Position numbers and translations under genes: made by a program. Source: Octopus sinensis (taxonomy: Eukaryota). From it: a DNA stretch of 64,000 nucleotides. Shown in pieces: positions 24,139 through 34,442 of the stretch. How positions within the stretch are numbered: position 1 is the first letter of the stretch; every line of letters starts with the position of its first letter. The notes below the pieces were generated by a model. That model did no database searches, was not told the DNA's origin, and saw only the letters and a program-made list of their open reading frames with translations. The stretch covers positions 95,542,001 to 95,606,000 of the forward strand of contig NC_043005.1 in assembly GCF_006345805.1 (NCBI RefSeq). Direction: 5' to 3'.

Positions 24139-26400
24139 GAAAATAATGAAATTATTTCAGAGCTCTACTTGTTTGGCAAGTGACTTGATGTAAGGCTGTA
24201 TGTTGAAACTCATAGTAATGATGTCATAGAAGAATCATTTTTGCCATTTTAAGGAGGGACAAAAATGCAAGATTTTGTGTGTTCTTAAATAGCTAATATG
24301 GCTCCTTTAATGAGGTAATGAAATCGTTATTATAACTTTTTAATAAATTAATATCATTTATTCAGTGTTAGAAATCATCTGTTGTTTCAAAGGCAGGTTC
24401 CTCAGTTGGTCCCTCAAAACAGTCAAAGAGCCCAATGTGTGGTCACTCACTTTGTAGGTAGCCTGATTAATTAATCATGTCTAATTAATTAATTAGCAGC
24501 CCAATCTCTCAAATTACACCTTGCTCTCTATCATAAAAAGAAAGGGATCTTCTTAAATTTCTTCCATCCACTTGGAAGTTTTTCAAATTTTCACATTTTT
24601 CAAATTAGTTTTAAAAAATGATAGTTCTGATATAGTTCCACATGCTGATGATAAAAATTGCATTCATTTTTATTTTTCTAGAAATTATAATAAAAAAGTT
24701 ACAAGCACTTAAAATTCTATAATTTTATCTTCTCAGTAGCCATTCATTGCCTGACATACCTATTTCTTTATTACCCACAAGGGGCTAAACACAGAGGGGA
24801 CAAACAAGGAAAGATATAGGTATTAAGTCGATTACATCGACCCCAGTGCGTAACTGGTACTTAATTTATTGACCCCGAAAGAATGAAAGGCAAAGTTGAC
24901 CTCGGCGGAATTTGAACTCACAACATAATGGCAGACGAAAGGACATACCAGAAGCCTTGACTGTTTGTCCCCACGGGAACAGCATGCACAAAATCTATTC
25001 ATTGTCGATCAGCTAGAAATAGCAGCCAAATCTTCCTTAAACTATGTAAAGTTTAAAAAAAACAAGAAGGATGATATTGTGCCACAGTACTATTTATTTC
25101 CTTGATTATGGTTGGCTCAAGTGGTTTCCACTTATTGAGTGTTATGAATAACATTTAATTTTGATTGAATTCCACACCTTAAAATACTGGGTCCCACAGA
25201 TCAATAAAAAGGAAGGATACATTAGACAATATAGTTTCATCAGAGTTGACCTGGAATTAACAGTAAAACACAGGTACTTTCTCTAATTCTTCATGTTTGA
25301 CTTTGTACACACATAGTTGGCTCCTTTAGCCAGGCCAGTCTACATTGGCCTTCTGGAACTATAAAGCTGTCGACTCTTTTATGAAGATCTTTTCCTTCTT
25401 GTTACTGCTGATTTTACTCTTATTTCATTTTATTTATTTTTTACTCAATGCAAATAACACCCCACTTTTTTTTTGTCCTTCTACTATTCCTAATGTTTTG
25501 GGTTGTCCTATGGTTAATAACAGGAATCATATATTTAGTAACAATAATGTATGATATCGATTTCTAAAACTGATACAACCACACAACAAACATGTTTTGG
25601 TAGAGCATAGGATAGGTTAAATTGATACCATCATATGTAAAAAGCACTGGTGCTGGTGCCATGCAGAAATCTCTTAGAATAAAATAGTTGGCTTTAGGAA
25701 GGGCACCAAGCCAAAACAGACAGTGGAACTTGATGAGGCTCCTGCCCTTATTAGCTCCTGGAAAACAGACATTAAATAGTGATAATTTATATGTATATAT
25801 CTCCCCAATATTTTCCTAACATGAAGGACACACAATATAATCGCATTCCTTTGATGCAAATCTCATGAAGTGCCTCATCCAATGTCTAAAACCACAAATA
25901 TTATGTGATTTTTCATTTAGAATTTTTGCATAAACTGTTGTTTTGCGTAAACTGCTACTGGAGGTGATATAGAAGCATTTGTAACTTATAATTAAAGATG
26001 TATTCAAGAATTTCTTTTGTCTTCTTCTTTTCATTAGATTATTTACTCTTCACAAAACCCATTTGATGGTATAATTATCATGAGACTTGGATTTTCTACA
26101 TCTGAAGTATTCCGGCTTTGGCTTGGATCCCAACAGTATCCAGGTCGTGGTTCTGGAAATACCCCAACTTCACACACAACCTGACCATAGCCATTTGATC
26201 TCACACTCTCAATATATATATATATATATTTATATATCATATAGGCACAGGAGTGGCTGTGTGATAAGTAGCTTCCTTACCAACCATATGGTTGCGGGTT
26301 CAGTCCCACTATGTGGCACTTTGGGCAAGTTTCTTCTACTATAGCCTCACGCTGGCCAAAGCCCTGTGTGTGGATTTGGTACACAGAAACTGAAAGAAGC

Positions 26401-26443
<43 letters not shown>

Positions 26444-26854
26444 TATATATATACATGTATGTATATGTTTGTGTGTCTGTGTTTGACCCCCCAACAACAC
26501 TTGACAACCAACACAACACACCACCTGGTGTGGGATCATGGTTTCAGTTCTTTGAATTGAAACCACCATCTCGCATTTGTCAGTGCACCAACCTAACCAC
26601 TAGGCTATTGTCCTTATTATATATATATTATGCCAGAAGCCGAAAGTGTGTGTTGGGTGAAGCCACAGAGATTGGTGTTGACTGTCAGTAGAGGTGTCCT
26701 GGATTCGGACCGTTTAGATATGGCAACTCTAACCTAGGACTTCTGTATAAGGCTATGGATATGAAACCAAAAGAAGAAAGAATTTTATCTAATGTGCCCT
26801 TCCTCATTTAAGATGGTATAAATTTGGCAGTTGATATTCAACAAAGGCTCATTT

Positions 26855-27254
26855 GTTGGTTGTTGTTGTTTGTTTGTTGAGTGAAGCGGTCTTCGTCCCA
26901 GAGCTCACAAAATCATGCCTCAGGAGAAGTCCGAAGCATGGTCCTTTGCTATTCATAAGACCCACAGAAGAGAAAGCAGGTCAACCCCCGACACCGAGAG
27001 CATCGACGGATGGATGAATGCGCATCCAGGCTCAGCGGTTGCGTAGGAACTCAGGGACAAGAAACAGGAAGAAAGAGTGAGAGAAAGTTGGAGCGAAAGA
27101 GTACAACAGGGCTTGCCACCACCCCCTGCCGGAGCCTTGTGGAGCTTTAGGTGTTTTCGCTCAATAAACACACACAATGCCCAGCCTGGGAATCAAAACC
27201 GTGATCCTCTGACCGCGAGTCCATTGCCCTAACCACTGGGCCGTTGCACCTCCA
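26855..27254 (-). mobile_element. tRNA-derived SINE, family C head with tail type 2
   Basis: Head and body shared with 42070-42368 and 61119-61430, but with a different ~200-bp 3' region ending in (AAC)n. Confidence 0.8.
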
Positions 27255-27897
27255 CTGGCTGTTGTTGTTCTTAGTGGTGGTAGTAATATAATGGCAATAG
27301 CGTTGTTCTTGTTGCCAGTGGTGGTGGTGGTGGTGGTGGAGGTGGTAGTGCAACAATGGTTATAAATAATACTGTTATTAGTTAGTGTGGTGGTGGTGAC
27401 AATATATGGGTTTTATTAATGCCTAGCAGTAATTGTTCTGATTAAATGATTGTTGAAGGAAGACATCTATGATTTAATCGACCAATTCTAAATTAGATTA
27501 TATCCAGTTATATAATTGGTTATGTCCTGCAATGTTGTTGACCATCAGAAAAATAGACATACAAAGGTCAAAGTGACCAAATTAAAATATTGAGATATCA
27601 GATTTTTTGGAGAATTTATTATGAATATCTTAAAATCAATATTCAGTGATAGAAAGAAAAAAAACCCTTTACAATTTTGCGGGGCTAGTTTTATACAAGA
27701 AAAATAAATAAATAAAAGAAAATAAAGGCACAAGGAACTCGAGGTTAACATGCAGTTTACGACTGTAAAAAGGTGAAAGTAAAAAGCAACAGAAACCTGA
27801 AGTGATGATAGCAAAATATCAAAATTTCATGAAACATATTCGATATCGAATGGATTGGCTTCTTGTGTTGGTGTCAGCAATTTCTATATGCATTAAA

Positions 27898-28298
27898 GAG
27901 GAGTGGCTGTGTGGTAAGTAGCTTGCTTACCAACCACATAGTTCCAGTTTCAGTCCCACTGCATGGAACCTTGGGCAAGTGTCTTCTACTATAGCCTCAG
28001 GCCGACCAATGCCTTGTGAGTGGATTTGGTAGACGGAAACTGAAAGAAGCCCGTTGTATACATGTATGTGTATATATATATGTGTGTGTGTGTGTTTGTG
28101 TGTCTGTGTATGTCCTCCCAACATCGCTTGATAACCGATGCTGGTGTGTTTATGTCCTCGTAACTTAGTGGTTCGGCAAAAGAGACCGATAGAATAAGTA
28201 CTAGGCTTACAAAAAATAAGTCCTGGGATCAATTTGCTCGACTAAATGTGGTGCCCCAGCATGGCCGCAGTCAAATGACTGAAATGAGTAAAAGAGTA
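27898..28298 (+). mobile_element. tRNA-derived SINE, family B, full length
   Basis: gaggagtggctgtgtggtaagtagcttgc head through ...ccagcatggccgcagtcaaatgactgaaatgagtaaaagagta tail. Confidence 0.9.
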
Positions 28299-29593
28299 AC
28301 CAAACACTTAAGCCAAACAATGATAGCATCCTTACACAGCCTGAAAGAAGGCTATAGGTACTTGACAAGAAGAAACTTGGGCAACAATATGGTACAAGGG
28401 ATGATATATTTATATCATATCTTCATGTCTATGTGCAGCAAAACAAATTTAGAGATCAGGAAGATCTAATCATGAATCTCATTTCATGCATCAATGGACT
28501 GGTATTGATGTTTTCATCTTACATAAATTAATATGAATGCTTTTCATGTTATATTAAAAGTATGGTTCTCTACATTATTTTCATGAAGTTATGGAAAGTC
28601 ACTGTTGTCACTTCTAGTTTCTATTGCTGTTTACTTTCATTTTTTGGACAATTTACTTTCACTTTTTTTATAGTAGAATTATGTACAAATTCAAATATTT
28701 AAGTAATCTTTTATTTTAAGTATTGGGAAAGTGAAAGTCAAAACAGTATTAGATGGAGACTCAGCAGTGAAATGAAACTGAACTCTGAAATGATGGTTTA
28801 CTTTTTTCCTCTGTACAGACACCGACTTGCTCCATACAACAGATTGTTCTCAGCCACTTGATACCCACCCATAGATAAGCTATTATAAAAGGCAAGGCAA
28901 TGGGATATAACATCCTGAGACAAGAAAGAATTAGACAAAATTCTTTCTTGTCTCCAAGCTTTTCCATCTGAACATATCTGGCGATACTCCAAACACAATG
29001 ACTCATTACAGCATAATGCTGAATTATTCATTAAATCTAATGATGTTATAAACTTCTACAATTCTTAGAAGCAGCATCTGAAAGGTTCTGCCATTTTTCT
29101 TCAATACATAAACAATTTCTAAATAAGCTTTCGGTGTGAAAGTACCAAAAAAAGTCTATTGGCTTCCTTTATTATTGCTTTTGGTTACAAGCTAATTGTG
29201 ATTATAGCTGGGTTTTTTTAATTTCCAGTTAAAGTTGATTATTGCTAGATACTTAAAACAAAAGATTACCTATATTTTTTTAATAGTTATCAGGTAAAAT
29301 GTCATTTCACTGCTGAGTGAACTAATATAAGGTTTTCAGGAAAGTTTATACAATATATTTTCACAGTAAAGAAATCTGTGCTAGGTTCAAGTTTGTTTTA
29401 TACAAGAAAAATAAAGACTCCAGGAATGATATAAGAATTTGATTTATCATGAAATATATTTTTCATTGAAAGAAGAAGTAATAAAATCAATTGCTGAGTA
29501 AATATTTTTAATGATTAAAATAGCCAGAAAGAACATTTTAGAGAAAGATTTTTCGGGAGAATTTATACAGGATATATCAATATTTATATATAA

Positions 29594-29984
29594 CTAGCAG
29601 TATCGCCCAGCGTTGCTCGGGTTTTTTTCAACCCTTTAGAATTGGAATTTTTGAAAAGTAAAAATTTTGCATTATGTAGCTTGTTATTCTCTTTAAGTGA
29701 ACATTTTTCTGGTTGAAATACACTGAAAAATGGCGACACAGCAGCCAAAAAATTGTAAAAAGTAGGGATTTTCATAGAAAAAAGCACCTTTTTGATGTAA
29801 ATAATTTTTGGTGTTAACATGGTCCAATTTGAATTTTTTCTTCTATGGAAGGAAGAGCAAGCCTTCTTCTATCATACTCTTAATTTTGGTCAACTTGTGC
29901 TGCAGGGTCTCGGAGGAGATAGTGTTAGTTGAAGGCTACCAAACCTGCCATACACAGACAACTTCAGCTTTATATATAGAGAGA
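29594..29984 (-). mobile_element. Non-autonomous Helitron-type element, copy 3
   Basis: Colinear with copies 1, 2 and 4; TC...CTAG termini, A|T insertion site. Confidence 0.85.
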
Positions 29985-30929
29985 TTAGGAAGAAAAAAAG
30001 ATCTTTTACGTTAGGTTTTAAACAGGAAAAGAAATAAAATAAATGTACAAGAAACTATGTTCAGATTCATATCTTGCTTTGAAAAATTAATAAAATCAGC
30101 TGCAAAATAAATATTTTTTTAATGCATTTATCTATGTATTGAAATAACAATCTCTTTTCGTGCTATCTATCTGTCTTAAGTATTTATTCTATCTTTTGTC
30201 TGTTGAGGCAGTTAACATCTCACTTCATTCAAGAAAAAACAACTGGTTATAAAGCCAGATTTGAACTCAGAACATAAAGAGAAACGCTTAAATATTGCAA
30301 CATCCATCAATGTATGTGGAGTGATTATAGTTTTTCCAATGGTTAACTACCTTGGTATTAGATAAAACACTGAGAAACAAACTTTTGGCTGAGAAGAAAG
30401 TGCAGTTTTTATATTCTTAAAATTTACCCATAGGAGCAAAATTATAGGCCATGTTTTGAAATTACTGGTCATATTTTACAATTACTTTAAGCACAAAATG
30501 CCATCACCTCAGACAGCTGTAATGTAGAGGCCTGTATCTTGTTAGATGTATTGTAGAGTTGAAATAGTGGAATGGGAATAAAACAACTCTAAGCTGGATA
30601 TACAATCTATATATCTTGATGGTAGCATCTCTTTAAGAGGGATAATGTGAAGCCAGAAGAAGGTGGGGAGACATGTTGAGGGTGCACTGGATGTTTAAAG
30701 AGATCTTGATTTTTCTTAGAAATAAAATATTTAAATCATCAAGATTAAATTATTAGCAGGACATTGTGTTATTAGGGAGCAGAAAAACATGACTGATGAT
30801 GTGCCCAGGTCCAGTATAATTTTGCTAGGAAAGTCCTTGCTCCCTTTACAAATTTCTATAAAAATTTAACATAGGGGCACTAACCAATGCAAATAGGTAA
30901 AAGAGCTAGGTGGGATAGTATAAGAAAAT

Positions 30930-31215
30930 CGTGGCCATTGCCAGCCTCACCTGGCCCCCGTGCCGGTGGCACGTAAAAAGCACCATCTGACCATGGCCGT
31001 TTGCCAGCCCCGTCTGGCACCTGTGCCGGTGACACGTAAAAAGCACCCACTACACTCATGGAGTGGTTGGCATTAGGAAGGGCATCCAGCCGTAGAAACA
31101 TTGCCAGATCAGACTGGGCCTGGTGCAGCCTTCTGGCTTCCCAGACCCCAGTTGAACCGTCCAACCCATGCTAGCATGAAAAGCGGACGCTAAATGATGA
31201 TGATGATGATGATGA
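30930..31215 (+). mobile_element. RTE-clade LINE 3' end (5'-truncated), (GAT)n tail
   Basis: gccggtggcacgtaaaaagcacc subrepeats, ggagtggttggcattaggaagggcatccagc, and a (GAT)n tail; same family as 44684-45345. Confidence 0.8.
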
Positions 31216-31963
31216 AGCCGTTGCACAAAATTAACTTCTATTTGAATAAAATAAATAATCTGCTGTTTCTTTTTATTTGTCTTTTTGCACTTTTGCCATT
31301 TGGTGAAAGAAAGCTGTTGAGCCGCACAAAATATTGAGGACAACTGCTGCTAGCTGAAAGCACATGCATGAGCACACAGAGCACATGCTAGCCAGAACAC
31401 ACAGGTATTGTGTGTGTGTGTACAAAAGGTTAGTTACCTAAAAATCAAGAAGTAATTTATAATTGTATTTATACATCTAGTGAAGTACATACTTTTGTTA
31501 TGGGAAAACAAATTTACATAAAATAGTATTGTAGCCCCCCCACACACACACACCTAATTTAGAGGGAATATTATCCTACAGGTGTCTTTTTGTTTAGTTT
31601 TTTTTTATATGTGCTGCTTTGGATTGTCTAGGTTTTAGTATCATTCAGAAAGGACTTAATCATCTTACTTTTCTTCTCCCATTTCTCTGGCAGGTCAGGT
31701 CCGATGGGGGGGGGGGATCAGCAAAAGGCAGAGATTTATCTGTTGTTCTCAATGTTATGAGAACATCATTTACATCCTTATAATTAATTACTTAGTGATA
31801 TCACAGAATTCAGGTTAGTTTATTGGTTGCCTGTCACTATAGTTTATCTTACTGGCTCAGTCATTTTCCAGATCATCCAAGCTTTAGAGTAGTGATTCCC
31901 AAATGGTATATTCTGATGTAATAGTGTTCTGTGAATCCATTTCTGTCCGCACTGCAATTTTCT

Positions 31964-32185
31964 TGTGTCTGAGGAGAGTCATTCTCTTTTAGTGCCTTAT
32001 AATTTGACACACTCACTGGTAAAATTGCAACCTTTGCAACATTTTCAATGGTTGTTGACTCTCGAGAGTGAACAACCATTGAAAAGGTTGTGAAGGTTGC
32101 AATGAAAACTTTAGAAAAATAAGTGAGTGGAAATGGGTGTGTTAAATTATAAGGTACTAAAAGAGAATGACTCTCCCCAGACACA
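31964..32185. repeat. Loopless imperfect palindrome with nested arms
   Basis: Inner arms 32025-32063 and 32064-32102 (4 mismatches in 39 bp) are centred on CTCGAG. Outer arms 31964-32010 and 32139-32185 have 3 mismatches in 47 bp. Confidence 0.95.
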
Positions 32186-32859
32186 GCAGAATATGCTTCA
32201 ACACACAAACTCGCATAAAGAATCTTGCAAACCAAATCCAAAAATGAAATACAATTTTCTTGTTTTTTATTTGTAACAAAAACCATTTTAAAAATCATTG
32301 TGTTACTTTTTCTCTTTCATTGAGAGCTAGCAGAATTGGTGAAGTGTTAAACTTATTGTATTAGGATATTAAGAGAAATCGCACTATATTCTACATTCAA
32401 CTGTGAACAAGGCAGACTTTTGCCTTTCATCTTTCTGGAGTTGAAGCACCAATCAAATAATGGAATCAACTTAATTAACTTATACCCCACCTCTCCAATT
32501 TTCAGCCTTGTTTCTATGTTGTCATGATGAAGCTGATGAATTGGAGTGATGGATGGTTAGTGAAGGTGAACTCAGCTGCATGCTGTTCCCCCAAAATAAC
32601 CAGAGCCGTTTCTCTGTCACTGAAAAATCCCCATTGTTAGTAACTTCTTTAAATGTCTGGGTTACCAGTGTGGAAAATTGTTGGTTTGGCTGTACTTTCT
32701 CTTTCAGGTCACTTTCTAGTGTCGGTACTGTGCTGGCAGAATGCCATGGGTCACCAGGATGGCTTTTCTTGTCCAAAGTGTGCCTCTCATTTGTTTTTGA
32801 CTAAGAATTGTTTGGCTGCTTATTTGTGCAGTAAGAGGTGAGGATATTGTGTTCATGGT

Positions 32860-33081
32860 AAAGGCAGTGAGCTGGCAGAAACGTTAGCATGCCAGGCGAA
32901 ATGCTGAGTATTTTGCCCATCTGAGTTCAAATTCTGCCGAGGTCAACTTTACCTTTCGTCCTTTCGGGGTTGATAAATTAAGCACCAGTTATGCACTGGG
33001 GTCGATGTAATCGACTTAATCCGTTTGTCTGTCCTTGTTTGTCCCCTCTGTGTTTAGCCCCTTGTGGGTAGTAAAGAAATA
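32860..33081 (+). mobile_element. tRNA-derived SINE, family A, with 17-bp TSD
   Basis: Flanked by gatattgtgttcatggt at 32843-32859 and 33082-33098. Confidence 0.92.
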
Positions 33082-34124
33082 GATATTGTGTTCATGGTGC
33101 TTGCTTAGAGAAGTGCAATGATGTAATTCGTTCAAGCAGAGATCATACAAGGACCAAGAATTCTGAGTACCTCTGTTTTCTCTGGAACTTTCTTTAACCG
33201 TTGCTGCACACAGCTATGTGCTGCATGCATTGTGTCCTTTGTCACCTCTGCACTGATTCTGGTGCACTTTTGCTTTTGTATCACTATTATGCAGTAATCT
33301 GATAGAACATGATGGAATATTCTGTGATGTTCTGTGATATTCCAGAAAGCTGATTTGATAGAATTCAGGGCATGTCACCTGATCTAAGTGTAGTCTGATC
33401 CCAGTTACTAAAGGCAGGAGCTTTAGATTCTGGCCTTCGCTACATTATAAATGCTGGTGGATTGGTAGGATTGTTTGAAAATCAGTGTTTCAGCTTGGTT
33501 GTAATCCAGTGACTGAAACCAGTAATGGTATCAATATGATTGGCTAAAATTCTTCAAAGTGGTGCCTCAGCATGGGCATAGTCCAATGATTGAAGCCAGC
33601 ACTGGTGTCAATATAACTGGTTAAAAATCTTGAAAGTGATAGTCAAGTACTGTGGTTTATATAATTGACCACACTACACCCAAATTTGACGCCTTATGCC
33701 TATGTTACAAACTCTACTATATTCAGGACTAGTTCGATATTCATCCATTTTTACATTGTTAGGGTAAACTTTGAAAGACATATGGCTGCTAATTCTAGCA
33801 GGTCGATCAACCACAAAGAGGCTCCTTTGATGGTTTGATTATGTTTTTTTTTCTTAGATTTCCACTGCCAATATCACCGTCACCATCATCATTTTAATCG
33901 AACTTCTCAGATTGCTCTTTTAACTACAGCCTTCCTCACTAATAACTATTAATAATATTTAGATAAGCATTTGTGACCTAGTTTTTAGGATTGCTTCGCT
34001 GTTGTCACTCACAGATACTGACATAACCAGTTTGTCCAGCCTGTGGGTGAACGTGCTTACACACACACTATTTATAGCATTTGCAGTTTTTGCAGTCACA
34101 TGTATCAACAAAAAAATATATATA

Positions 34125-34158
34125 AGTATACACACACACACATGTATGTGTATATATG

Positions 34159-34196
<38 letters not shown>

Positions 34197-34204
34197 TATA
34201 ATAT

Positions 34205-34258
<54 letters not shown>

Positions 34259-34259
34259 T

Positions 34260-34309
<50 letters not shown>

Positions 34310-34320
34310 TATATGTATAA

Positions 34321-34351
<31 letters not shown>

Positions 34352-34359
34352 TATAAAAA

Positions 34360-34392
<33 letters not shown>
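34125..34392. repeat. Imperfect (TA)n tract
   Basis: Directly visible. Confidence 0.95.
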
Positions 34393-34393
<1 letters not shown>

Positions 34394-34442
34394 GTGTTTA
34401 GTAACCACACTAACACTATATATATACACTAACACTAGTAAC

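Noticed and set aside
25588-25597. p53-type half site AAACATGTTT (PLK2/3 are p53 targets in vertebrates)
   Set aside because: A single half site with no adjacent second half; expected by chance.
28761-29031. Two overlapping minus-strand ORFs, one with a hydrophobic stretch
   Set aside because: No known motif, no convincing splice sites, and both cross a DNA hairpin.
31873-32298. 141-aa minus-strand ORF
   Set aside because: It coincides with the palindrome; no protein family signal.
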